A DNA stretch of 64,000 nucleotides. Origin: Bacteroidales bacterium. Lineage in GTDB: Bacteria > Bacteroidota > Bacteroidia > Bacteroidales > UBA7332. How positions within the stretch are numbered: position 1 is the first letter of the stretch; the number at the start of each line of letters is the position of its first letter. Positions 48,534 through 58,055 of the stretch are shown here, piece after piece. Made by a program: the position numbers and the translations under genes. The stretch is taken from positions 17,995-81,994 of the forward strand of contig JBOFUP010000072.1 of assembly GCA_051652645.1 (NCBI GenBank), written 5' to 3'. The notes under the pieces are model-generated. The model made no database searches. It was not told the DNA's origin and was given only the letters and a program-made list of their open reading frames with translations.

Positions 48534-50408
48534 ATGATAAATCTACAGGTGGATGGGCTAACCAAATCATTTGGCGACCTTGTTCTATTTGAAAATATAT
48601 CTTTTGGAATCAACGAGGGAGACCGAATAGGTCTGATTGCAAAAAACGGCACAGGCAAAACAACCCTTATGAACATACTCACGGGCAAGGAGGATTACGA
48701 TAGCGGAGCTGTCGTATTTCGCCGCGACCTACGCGTGGGATACCTCTCACAAGACCCTTCATACCCACCACACTTGACTGTCCTCGAAGCCTGCTTTGAG
48801 TCTGATAGCGAAACCGTCAGAACCATAGCACAGTATGAGCGCATCATGAATTCAGACGACCATACAGGCCTCGACGAAGTGCTCCACAAGATGGACAGCT
48901 TCAAGGCTTGGGACTACGAACAGAGAGCCAAACAAATCCTCTCACAACTAAAGATACGCGACTTCAATCAAAAGATATCAGAACTTTCAGGAGGTCAACT
49001 AAAACGTGTGGCACTAGCCAATGTCTTGATCTCTGAGCCCGAACTCCTTATACTAGATGAACCAACGAACCACTTGGATCTAGACATGACCGAATGGCTC
49101 GAAGAGTATCTTAACCGCTCACGCGTGAGCCTCTTGATGGTCACTCACGACCGCTATTTCCTTGACCGAGTGTGTAACGAAATCATAGAGATAGATCGCC
49201 GCACACTATACTCCTACAAAGGCAACTATAGCTACTATCTTGAGAAGAGAGAAGAACGACTGAACTCACAAAACGCTGAGACAGACAGAGCCAACAACCT
49301 CCTTCGCAAAGAGCTAGAGTGGATGAGACGCCAACCCAAGGCACGAGGCACAAAAGCTAAGTACCGCGTTGATGCCTTCTACGAGCTTGAGCAGAAAGCA
49401 CAACAAGAGCGCGAGAAGGGATCCGTACAGCTAGGTGTCAAATCCAGCTACATAGGCAATAAGATTTTCGAGATCGAACACCTAAACAAAAAGTTTGACG
49501 ACCTTATTATACTTAATGACTTCAGCTACATATTCTCAAGATATGAGAAACTAGGCATAGTGGGCAACAACGGCACAGGCAAGTCCACATTCATCAAAAT
49601 GCTTATGGGTAAAGTATCTCCAGACAGTGGCACCATAGATATAGGTGAAACCGTACGCTTTGGATACTATAGCCAAGATGGACTCGCTTTCGATGACAAC
49701 ATGAAAGTGATTGACGTTGTTCGAAACGTAGCCGAGGTTATAGACATGGGCGATGGCTCCAAGCTCACAGCAGGACAAATGCTACAACACTTCCTATTCC
49801 CACCAGAGACACAACACAACTTTGTATATAAGCTCAGTGGAGGAGAGCGTCGCAGACTATATCTTTGTACTATATTGATGCAAAACCCCAACTTCCTAGT
49901 ACTCGACGAGCCGACCAACGACCTAGACATCGTTACACTGAATGTCCTTGAGGAGTACCTAGCATCCTTCAAAGGATGTGTGATAGTAGTATCCCACGAC
50001 CGCTACTTCATGGACAAAGTAGTGGACCACATACTCGTATTCGAGGGCAATGGAAACCTAAAAGACTTCCCTGGTCACTACTCACACTATCGAGCCTGGA
50101 AGGAGCTGCAACAAGAGGAAGCATCCAAAGAGAACACCAATTCTCCCGTAGCAGCTCCTAAAAACAGCAAACCCGAGAGAGCTCCAGAGCAAAAAAGACG
50201 TCTATCGTTCAACGAAAAAAGAGAGTTCGAACAAATAGAGTCACTACTCCCAACATTAGAGCTCGAAAAGGAAGAGTTAGAGACACTTATGAGCTCAGGC
50301 ACTCTATCCAACGATGAGCTGATATCCAAATCAGCTAGGATCAAAGATCTTATTGATGAGATCGACGAAAAGACAATGCGTTGGCTAGAACTGAGTGAGT
50401 TCATTTGA
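48534..50408 (+). CDS. ABC-F family ATPase (two tandem ABC domains, no TM domain)
   Basis: Two Walker A motifs (AKNGTGKT, GNNGTGKS) and two LSGG signatures are present. A C-terminal coiled coil follows. Confidence 0.9.
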   Translation: MINLQVDGLTKSFGDLVLFENISFGINEGDRIGLIAKNGTGKTTLMNILTGKEDYDSGAVVFRRDLRVGYLSQDPSYPPHLTVLEACFESDSETVRTIAQYERIMNSDDHTGLDEVLHKMDSFKAWDYEQRAKQILSQLKIRDFNQKISELSGGQLKRVALANVLISEPELLILDEPTNHLDLDMTEWLEEYLNRSRVSLLMVTHDRYFLDRVCNEIIEIDRRTLYSYKGNYSYYLEKREERLNSQNAETDRANNLLRKELEWMRRQPKARGTKAKYRVDAFYELEQKAQQEREKGSVQLGVKSSYIGNKIFEIEHLNKKFDDLIILNDFSYIFSRYEKLGIVGNNGTGKSTFIKMLMGKVSPDSGTIDIGETVRFGYYSQDGLAFDDNMKVIDVVRNVAEVIDMGDGSKLTAGQMLQHFLFPPETQHNFVYKLSGGERRRLYLCTILMQNPNFLVLDEPTNDLDIVTLNVLEEYLASFKGCVIVVSHDRYFMDKVVDHILVFEGNGNLKDFPGHYSHYRAWKELQQEEASKENTNSPVAAPKNSKPERAPEQKRRLSFNEKREFEQIESLLPTLELEKEELETLMSSGTLSNDELISKSARIKDLIDEIDEKTMRWLELSEFI

Positions 50409-50505
50409 TATAAAAGTTATTACTAAATTACTTTGCAGTTTGTATATAAATATTAGCTTTGCAGGAGAAATCCTTGAATCTAATTATTTTATACATATTA
50501 AAGCT

Positions 50506-51753
50506 ATGCTGAACGTATCAAAGCGCGGCATTATTATGCCAGCATCACCAATCCGCAAATTAGCCCCATTGGCTACAGAAGCAAGAAATAGAGGAGTAAA
50601 AGTCTATCCACTAAACATCGGACAGCCCGACATAAAAACCCCACAAGAGGGTCTAGATGCAATGCACAATCTAGATAGAACAATACTCGAATACAGCCCA
50701 AGCGAGGGCATACTATCACTTCGAAAAAAACTCGTTAGCTACTACAGCAAATTCAATATCCAAGTAAACACCGAAGAGATCGTTGTTACAACTGGAGGAT
50801 CCGAAGCCCTAAGCATGGCATTCATGGCATGCCTAGACCCAGGCGACGAGATCATCGTACCAGAGCCTACCTATGCCAACTATCTAGGATTTGCTGTCAC
50901 AGCAGGAGTAGTTGTTAAAACAATACCATCATCAATAGAAGATGGATTTGCACTACCACCCATCGAACATTTCGAGGCACTCATCACAGATCGCACCAAA
51001 GCCATCTTGATATGCAACCCAAACAACCCAACAGGATACCTCTATACAGACCAAGAGCTAGACAAGCTCTCGAAACTAGTAAAGAAACACGAGCTATACC
51101 TCTTCTCTGACGAAGTATATCGCGAATTCTGTTATACCGACAAGCCATACCTCTCAGCCCTTAACCTCAAAGGCATAGAGCAGAACGTTGTGATGATAGA
51201 CTCCATGTCAAAACGCTACAGCGAATGTGGAATAAGAATAGGAATGCTAGTTACACGCAACGAAGAGGTCAAAGCAGCTGTGATGAAATTCGCACAAGCA
51301 CGCTTAAGCCCCCCACTTCTTGGACAGCTATGCGCTGAAGCCTCATTCGACGCACCACAAGAGTATCTCACTGCCGTTTACGAAGAGTATATCGAGAGAC
51401 GAAACTGCCTGATCGAAGGACTAAACCGCATCGAGGGAGTATTCTCCCCAATGCCCAATGGGGCTTTCTACACCGTAGTAAAACTACCCGTAGACAATGC
51501 CGACAAGTTCTGTGCATGGTGCTTGAGCCACTTCGACTACAAAGGCGAAACAATATTCATGGCGCCAGCCTCAGGATTCTACAAAACAGCAGGACTCGGC
51601 ATTGACCAAGTACGAATAGCATATGTCCTCAAGCGCGAAGAGCTAGAGAAAGCACTCATCGTACTGGAGAAAGCACTAGAGGCCTACCCAGGAAGAGTAC
51701 CTCCTACGAAAAAGGAGACACTACTTCACAAACTAGAAGAATATGAAATTTGA
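50506..51753 (+). CDS. PLP-dependent aminotransferase, class I (aspartate aminotransferase-like)
   Basis: I chose the start at MLNVSKRGI. It has the SMSKRYS PLP-lysine motif and NPNNPTG. Confidence 0.85.
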   Translation: MLNVSKRGIIMPASPIRKLAPLATEARNRGVKVYPLNIGQPDIKTPQEGLDAMHNLDRTILEYSPSEGILSLRKKLVSYYSKFNIQVNTEEIVVTTGGSEALSMAFMACLDPGDEIIVPEPTYANYLGFAVTAGVVVKTIPSSIEDGFALPPIEHFEALITDRTKAILICNPNNPTGYLYTDQELDKLSKLVKKHELYLFSDEVYREFCYTDKPYLSALNLKGIEQNVVMIDSMSKRYSECGIRIGMLVTRNEEVKAAVMKFAQARLSPPLLGQLCAEASFDAPQEYLTAVYEEYIERRNCLIEGLNRIEGVFSPMPNGAFYTVVKLPVDNADKFCAWCLSHFDYKGETIFMAPASGFYKTAGLGIDQVRIAYVLKREELEKALIVLEKALEAYPGRVPPTKKETLLHKLEEYEI

Positions 51754-52993
51754 ACTATTCATAGCACGCAAACTATTTTCAAAACAGCAGGGAGAGAAAC
51801 AGGTTTCTCTCCCTGCTGTTCGTATAGCAACCATGGGCATAGCACTTGGTGTTGCAGTGATGATCCTTTCGGTAGCCATCGTTCTAGGCTTCAAAAACGA
51901 GATCAAGACAAAAGTTATAGGCTTCGGCTCACACATACAGATCAGTTCGCTCAACAACAGCAGCAACCTAGAGTCAAACCCCATCATAGCCGACTCCACA
52001 CTGATGGCCACCCTACTGAGTGATCCCGAAATATCTCATGCAGAACGCTTCGCCTCAAAACCCGGCATCATCAAAAGCCAAGAAGAGTTTCAAGGCGTCA
52101 TCCTTAAGGGAGTAGGCACAGATTTCGACTGGAGCTTCATAGAGCAACACCTTGTAGAAGGCAACACACTAAACACACAGAGCGACACCACGGTGAGCAA
52201 CACCGACGTACTGATCTCACAAGCCATAGCCAACCAGTTAAAACTAAAAACAGGCCAAAGCTTCATGGCATACTTCGTACAAGAGCAACTACGAATGCGC
52301 AAATACAACGTACGAGGCATCTACAAGACCGATCTAGCCGAACTAGACAAAATGATAGTGTATGCAGACATAAAACAAGTACAACGACTCAATCAATGGC
52401 GCGAAGATCAAGTAAGCGGAGTAGAGATCACCATTAAGAATTTCGACAATCTAGAGCAGACCACCGATCGACTATTCTACCAAATGCAAAAAAGCCCAGA
52501 TGCAGATGGCAATGACTACTACGTACGCTCTATCATAGAGCTCAACCCACAGATATTCTCATGGCTAGATCTTCTAGACATAAACGTATGGATGATACTA
52601 ACCCTTATGCTATTGGTAGCAGGCTTCACAATGATCTCAGGACTACTTATCATCATACTAGAACGCACAAACATGATAGGGATACTCAAAGCACAAGGAG
52701 CCAACAATAGAAGCATACGCAAGATATTCCTCTATCTCTCGGCCATGCTCATCAGTCGCGGACTACTATGGGGAAACATCCTAGGGATAACATTAGCACT
52801 AATACAGCTAATATTCAAACCCCTCTCGCTCGACCCAGAGATGTACTACCTAAGCAAAGTGCCAATCGAACTAAACATCATACACTTGATACTCCTAAAC
52901 CTAGGGACACTAGGCATAACACTGCTGATGCTCATCGCACCATCAATGATTATAGCCAAGATAGCACCAGCTAAATCCATACGATTTGAATAA
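51743..52993 (+). CDS. FtsX-like ABC transporter permease (LolC/E type)
   Basis: 416 aa with an N-terminal TM helix, a large periplasmic loop and three C-terminal TM helices. Confidence 0.8.
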   Translation: MKFELFIARKLFSKQQGEKQVSLPAVRIATMGIALGVAVMILSVAIVLGFKNEIKTKVIGFGSHIQISSLNNSSNLESNPIIADSTLMATLLSDPEISHAERFASKPGIIKSQEEFQGVILKGVGTDFDWSFIEQHLVEGNTLNTQSDTTVSNTDVLISQAIANQLKLKTGQSFMAYFVQEQLRMRKYNVRGIYKTDLAELDKMIVYADIKQVQRLNQWREDQVSGVEITIKNFDNLEQTTDRLFYQMQKSPDADGNDYYVRSIIELNPQIFSWLDLLDINVWMILTLMLLVAGFTMISGLLIIILERTNMIGILKAQGANNRSIRKIFLYLSAMLISRGLLWGNILGITLALIQLIFKPLSLDPEMYYLSKVPIELNIIHLILLNLGTLGITLLMLIAPSMIIAKIAPAKSIRFE

Positions 52994-52994
52994 A

Positions 52995-53031
52995 AATAAT
53001 AGCCTGAAACAAACTGTTTTAGGCTATTATT
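52995..53031 (+). terminator. Stem-loop after the permease gene
   Basis: Arms aataatagcct / aggctattatt. Confidence 0.55.
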
Positions 53032-53086
53032 TGTTTAGTCATCAGTAAACAAATATGTTATAGACATCTAATAAACCCCACATAAC

Positions 53087-53473
53087 ATGAAAGATAAAAT
53101 AATGAGCTACCTTCTCGAAGAGGGATATCGCCCAGCTATAGACGAAGATGGAGATGTAGCCTTCAAAGTAGAAGGCGTATCAATGTACTTCTCTCTCACT
53201 GACGACGACCCTGGGTTCATTAGGCTAATACTACCTAACTTCTGGAAAGTAGACGACCTTCAGGAGTATGAACGTAGCCTAAGAGTAGCAAATAAACTAA
53301 ATTCAACATACAAAGCCGGCAAAATCTTTATACACAACAACTATCTGATCTCCACCGTTGAGCTATTCGTATACTCAACAACAAAAATCGAAGAGATCCT
53401 AGTTAGAATAATAAGCATACTACGACGTATGACCTACGAATTTGCCGAACTAATGCAACGCGAGAATAGCTAA
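53087..53473 (+). CDS. YbjN-like (T3SS-chaperone-fold) small protein
   Basis: LEEGYRPAIDEDGDVAFKVEGVSMYFSL matches the YbjN family pattern. Confidence 0.5.
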   Translation: MKDKIMSYLLEEGYRPAIDEDGDVAFKVEGVSMYFSLTDDDPGFIRLILPNFWKVDDLQEYERSLRVANKLNSTYKAGKIFIHNNYLISTVELFVYSTTKIEEILVRIISILRRMTYEFAELMQRENS

Positions 53474-53566
53474 GCACATATAATAAGAGAAAACTCATTT
53501 TAACCATTTTGCTATATGAAGTTAGCAAATTAGGTAAAAAGCTGTAAATTATTCAACAACAAACGC

Positions 53567-53614
53567 TAAAAGCGTTCATTTAGATACCACAAAGGAGTCT
53601 AAATGAACGCTTTT
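53567..53614 (+). terminator. Stem-loop after the YbjN-like gene
   Basis: Arms aaaagcgttcatttaga / tctaaatgaacgctttt. Confidence 0.6.
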
Positions 53615-53640
53615 CTTTTGGCATAAAAGGATTAAATTTT

Positions 53641-53648
53641 TAACTTTG
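53641..53648 (+). promoter_or_regulatory. Bacteroides-type -7 promoter motif for the NifU-like/GGGtGRT cluster
   Basis: TAACTTTG lies 17 nt upstream of the ATG at 53665. An alternative ATG is at 53707. Confidence 0.4.
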
Positions 53649-53664
53649 CAAGGCTTTTAATTAG

Positions 53665-54399
53665 ATGAAGCAACATACATTTTTACTAAACATAATAAGG
53701 ACAGACATGAATTATTCACACGAAGTAGAGCAAATGTGCATCGTGAAAAAAGGACCAAACCACGGTCCAGCTCCAATTCCACAAGAAGGAAAATGGATGA
53801 AAGCTAAAGAGGTTGTTGACATCTCTGGTTTGACACACGGTGTGGGTTGGTGTGCTCCACAACAAGGAACATGTAAATTGACGTTGAACATCAAAGAAGG
53901 AATTATCCAAGAAGCTTTGATCGAAACTGTAGGTTGTTCAGGTATGACTCACTCTGCAGCTATGGCATCAGAGATCCTTCCAGGAAAAACTATCCTAGAG
54001 GCTTTGAACACTGACCTTGTATGTGATGCAATCAACGTAGCAATGCGCGAATTGTTCCTACAAATCGTTTACGGACGTTCACAGTCTGCATTCTCAGAAG
54101 ATGGTCTACCAATTGGTGCTGGTCTTGAGGATTTGGGTAAAGGTCTTCGCTCACAAGTAGGAACAATGTTCGGTACTTTGGCAAAAGGTCCTCGTTACCT
54201 AGAGATGGCAGAAGGATACTGTACTCGTATGGCTTTGGATGCTGATGGCGAAACTATCGGATACGAATTCGTACACCTTGGACGTTTCATGGATATGATC
54301 AAAAAAGGTATCGATGCAAACGAAGCTTTGGAAAAAGCAAAAGGTACTTACGGTCGTTTCAACGAGGCTGTAAAATATATCGACCCTCGTCATGAATAG
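53665..54399 (+). CDS. NifU/IscU-N-terminal-like domain protein
   Basis: The cysteine pattern WCAP...GTCK...ETVGCSGMTHSAAMASE...LVCDA resembles an IscU-type scaffold. The true start may be 53707 (MNYSHEV). Confidence 0.6.
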   Translation: MKQHTFLLNIIRTDMNYSHEVEQMCIVKKGPNHGPAPIPQEGKWMKAKEVVDISGLTHGVGWCAPQQGTCKLTLNIKEGIIQEALIETVGCSGMTHSAAMASEILPGKTILEALNTDLVCDAINVAMRELFLQIVYGRSQSAFSEDGLPIGAGLEDLGKGLRSQVGTMFGTLAKGPRYLEMAEGYCTRMALDADGETIGYEFVHLGRFMDMIKKGIDANEALEKAKGTYGRFNEAVKYIDPRHE

Positions 54400-54574
54400 A
54401 AAAAGTATAATACTTCGCATCCTCTACATACTCATAGCCGTAACTATCGTTGCAGCCATAGTATGCTACATGGTACTACCCACACTAATGGGGAGCTACA
54501 TTGCTATGTGTGCGGTTGTGTTGGTATTGAACTTTCTTATCTCGATCTTTTTCGTAAACAAGAACTTTCACTAG
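54392..54574 (+). CDS. Small two-helix membrane protein
   Basis: 60 aa, strongly hydrophobic. It overlaps the upstream gene by 8 nt. Confidence 0.5.
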   Translation: MNRKSIILRILYILIAVTIVAAIVCYMVLPTLMGSYIAMCAVVLVLNFLISIFFVNKNFH

Positions 54575-54632
54575 TTCAACTGTTTACAACAAAAACATCC
54601 TATTACACAAAAAATTATAACAACTAACGAAT

Positions 54633-55628
54633 ATGTTATTTGAATCATACGATCGTCGTATTGCTAAAATCAACGCTGAGTTGAACAACTACGGCATTGC
54701 AAACATCGAAGAGGCAAAAGCTATCTGCGAGGCAAAAGGAATCAACCCTTACCAAATCTGCGAAGAGACACAGGCTATCTGTTTCGAAAACGCTAAATGG
54801 GCTTACGTAGTAGGTGCTGCTATCGCAATCAAAAAAGGAATCACAAATGCTGCTGAAGCTGCTGAAGTTATCGGTATTGGTCTTCAAGCATTCTGTATCC
54901 CTGGATCAGTAGCAGAAGACCGCAAAGTAGGTATCGGCCACGGTAACTTGGCTGCTATGCTTCTTCGCGAAGAGACAAAATGTTTCGCTTTCCTTGCAGG
55001 TCACGAATCATTCGCTGCAGCTGAAGGTGCAATCAAAATCGCTGAGATGGCAAACAAAGTACGTACTGAGCCTCTACGCGTAATCCTTAACGGATTGGGT
55101 AAAGATGCAGCACAGATCATCTCACGTATCAACGGATTTACTTATGTTCAAACACAGTTTGACTACGCTTCAGGCGATGTAAACGTTGTTATGCAGAAAG
55201 CATACTCAGAAGGTCTTCGCGCTAAAGTACGTTGCTACGGTGCAGACGACGTTCGCGAAGGTGTTGCTATCATGCGTAGCGAAGGTGTTGACGTATCTAT
55301 CACAGGTAACTCAACTAACCCAACACGTTTCCAACACCCAGTAGCTGGTACATACAAAAAAGAGTGTATGGAACTAGGTAAAAAATACTTCTCTGTTGCT
55401 TCAGGTGGTGGTACAGGTCGTACACTTCACCCAGACAACATGGCAGCAGGTCCTGCTTCATACGGTATGACAGACACTATGGGTCGTATGCACGGTGACG
55501 CTCAATTCGCTGGTTCTTCTTCAGTTCCTGCACACGTTGAGATGATGGGCTTCCTAGGTATGGGTAACAACCCAATGGTAGGTGCTACAGTTGCTGTAGC
55601 GGTTGCTATCGAAGAGGCTTCAAAATAA
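54633..55628 (+). CDS. GGGtGRT family protein (function unknown)
   Basis: It contains the eponymous motif ASGGGTGRTLHPDN. Confidence 0.85.
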   Translation: MLFESYDRRIAKINAELNNYGIANIEEAKAICEAKGINPYQICEETQAICFENAKWAYVVGAAIAIKKGITNAAEAAEVIGIGLQAFCIPGSVAEDRKVGIGHGNLAAMLLREETKCFAFLAGHESFAAAEGAIKIAEMANKVRTEPLRVILNGLGKDAAQIISRINGFTYVQTQFDYASGDVNVVMQKAYSEGLRAKVRCYGADDVREGVAIMRSEGVDVSITGNSTNPTRFQHPVAGTYKKECMELGKKYFSVASGGGTGRTLHPDNMAAGPASYGMTDTMGRMHGDAQFAGSSSVPAHVEMMGFLGMGNNPMVGATVAVAVAIEEASK

Positions 55629-55661
55629 TAATCTGATAATCAGATAATTATACAGAAAAAC

Positions 55662-55698
55662 AAGAGAGAGTGTATAGTAATATGCACTCTCTTTTTTT
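55662..55698 (+). terminator. Intrinsic terminator after the GGGtGRT gene
   Basis: Arms gagagtg / cactctc are followed by a run of T. Confidence 0.55.
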
Positions 55699-55915
55699 AT
55701 GTCTATGGCTGATGTAGTTTAGATTGTTTTGAAGGTTTACGGCTCATTAAATCATGAAAGTGGTTATTTGATAGAATAGATGTTTTATACCGATTTTGAG
55801 ATAAAATTGTGTGCATGAGGGTATAGCAAAATAAAAAACCTCTATTTTTAGAATAATCAACATTATAATCTATTGAATTTCGATTGCTTATCTCAAATTT
55901 TATGCACACAAAATT

Positions 55916-57134
55916 ATGGGAAAAACAAGCTACAAAGTTAGTTTTAGAGTCGTTGAAACTAGACTAGATTCAGAAGGTTATGCACCTTTCGATGTTATCA
56001 TTACTCAAAACAGTAAACGAGTATTTTTTTCAGCTGGTAAAAAAGTTCCGGCTAGTTTATGGGATAAGGTAAAACAAACCTTTAAAGGGAGAGGAGAAGA
56101 AGTAAATACTTTGAATAACTACCTTACTTCATTAAAAGCAAATATCTATCAAAAAGAGATTGAGCTTAGAGATAGAGGATTTGAAGTAACACCTCAGACT
56201 CTTAAAGATGCTTTCTTTAATCAGATTGAAGTAATGACAGATTCTACATTACTTGAAGTTTTTAAATGAGAAACAAGCAGCATTATATAAATTGGGAAGA
56301 CTAAGTAAAGCTACCATTTATATGAATGATTCTACTTTAAAATTGCTTACTGCATTTATTCAGGAAAGGTATAAGAGAAAAGATTTATATCTTAAAGAGC
56401 TTAATTTAGACTTTATGGAGCGTTTTCATCTTTATCTAATGACTGACAAAGGAATGAGAAATAATACTACTACAAAGCATTTAAAGCTATTAAAACGTAT
56501 ATGTAATGAAGCTGTAGAGAATAACAAAATTACTGCTAATCCTTTTGCCAAATATAAAGTAGTCCGGGATAAAGTAGAAATTGAGTTTCTAACACAAGAA
56601 GAAATAGATAGAATCTATGCTACAGACTTTGGAATAGAAAGACTAAACAGAATGAGAGATGTTTTCATCTTTAGCTGTTATACTGGATTAGCTTATTCGG
56701 ACTGTAAGCAATTATGTGAAGAACATATTAGCATTGATGCTGATGGTAGATATTGGATTAGAAAGAAAAGACAGAAGACAGGTAATTTATCAAGAATACC
56801 TATGCTTCCAATTCCTAAAGCTATTATGGAGAAATACAAAGGGTGTAAATATGGTGGGTATATTGTTCCTGTTGTAGATTGCTCTTCTACCAATTCTTAC
56901 TTAAAGGAAATTGCTACTATATGTAGAATTGATAAAAGAATAACTTTCCATGTTGCAAGACATACATTTGCAACTACAGTTACTTTAGCTAATAAAGTAT
57001 CATTAAATGTAGTCAGTAAGATGTTAGGACATGCTTCAATTAAAATGACTGAACACTATGCTAAAGTTGTAGATGAAAGGATAGCTGATGAAATGGATAA
57101 ATTGATGCAATTAGAAAAAACTCCTATAATTTGA
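55916..57134 (+). pseudogene. Bacteroides-type tyrosine recombinase/integrase, split by a frameshift
   Basis: ORF 55916-56269 is an Arm-DNA-binding N-terminus. ORF 56253-57134 holds the SAM-like and catalytic domains (HVARHTFAT, LGHASIKMTEHYA). The frames join at the T5A3 run at 56259-56266. The second ORF has only a TTG pseudo-start. Confidence 0.75.
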
Positions 57135-57380
57135 ATATATTTCAAGTTATAGGAGTTTTGTTTTGTCTGTCTTCAAATTAAATATAACATGTCTTTATGT
57201 CTTATAATGACAATATGTCATAATAATATTATATGATACATATTGGCACTATATTTGTTTTATAATATTAAATAAAGCATATGATATGTATACTTAAAAA
57301 GAAGGAGGTGATTTTAAAAGCCATATAATAAGATGGATAATGATAGCGTTCGAGTTGTTTTATAAATTAATATTAAAAAA

Positions 57381-57878
57381 ATGAAGTTAACTAATAAAGA
57401 GAGATTGTTTTTAATGAATCAGTATTTGATTCTTGATAAACTATATCCAGATTATGGTTATAGTAGAAATATATCTATATTAAAGAATGGGTTTAGTAAA
57501 GAATATTCTGATTTAGAATCACATATATATAAAGAAATAACTGAAGAAAATTGTGATTTTGTATATGATGTATTAGAAATGTATAGAAGCATTTATGATT
57601 CAAATGCACAATTTAACATCCCTAATACTCGATTTCCAGGTTTTGATGGCAATAATCCTGATGGCTGTTTGAATTATGCAACATTTCTTATTGATGAAAA
57701 GGGATTATATGAAGAACATAAAAATTCTAATGGATATAACAGCCATTTGTCAGTTAATACTAAATATAGGAATATGCTAGCTAAATGGAAACCGATATAT
57801 GAAGAGAGAATTAATTGGGGTGTAGGTCATGCTTTCTTATCAAAAGAAGAAATTAAAGAATTACTAAATACCTATTGA
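57381..57878 (+). CDS. YfbU family protein (UPF0304)
   Basis: LTNKERLFLMNQYLILDKLYP, FPGFDGNN, YRNMLAKWK and LSKEEIKELLN parallel E. coli YfbU as I recall it. Confidence 0.7.
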   Translation: MKLTNKERLFLMNQYLILDKLYPDYGYSRNISILKNGFSKEYSDLESHIYKEITEENCDFVYDVLEMYRSIYDSNAQFNIPNTRFPGFDGNNPDGCLNYATFLIDEKGLYEEHKNSNGYNSHLSVNTKYRNMLAKWKPIYEERINWGVGHAFLSKEEIKELLNTY

Positions 57879-58055
57879 TTGAAATTGATAAGATTGTTGC
57901 TTTAATAGCAATTTCGTAAATGTCAATTAATACAAATACTCGATATTTACTAATATAAAAAGCTACCAAATATCAAGGTGGCTTTTTATTTGTATTTTAC
58001 TTACTGAATTAGTGATAGTTGTGTAATAATTGATTAGATTATATATTACTAATTC

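Noticed and set aside
55703-55909. A 68-aa minus-strand ORF upstream of the integrase.
   Set aside because: It lies in the presumptive island junction, is A+T-rich, and has no motif. It is more likely noncoding att or promoter sequence.
56250-56270. Programmed ribosomal frameshifting in the integrase, and likewise in the IS transposase near 59050-59080.
   Set aside because: The integrase would need a +1 shift. No good slippery heptamer or stimulatory structure is evident. The transposase also carries a nonsense codon. Mutation or sequencing error is the simpler explanation.
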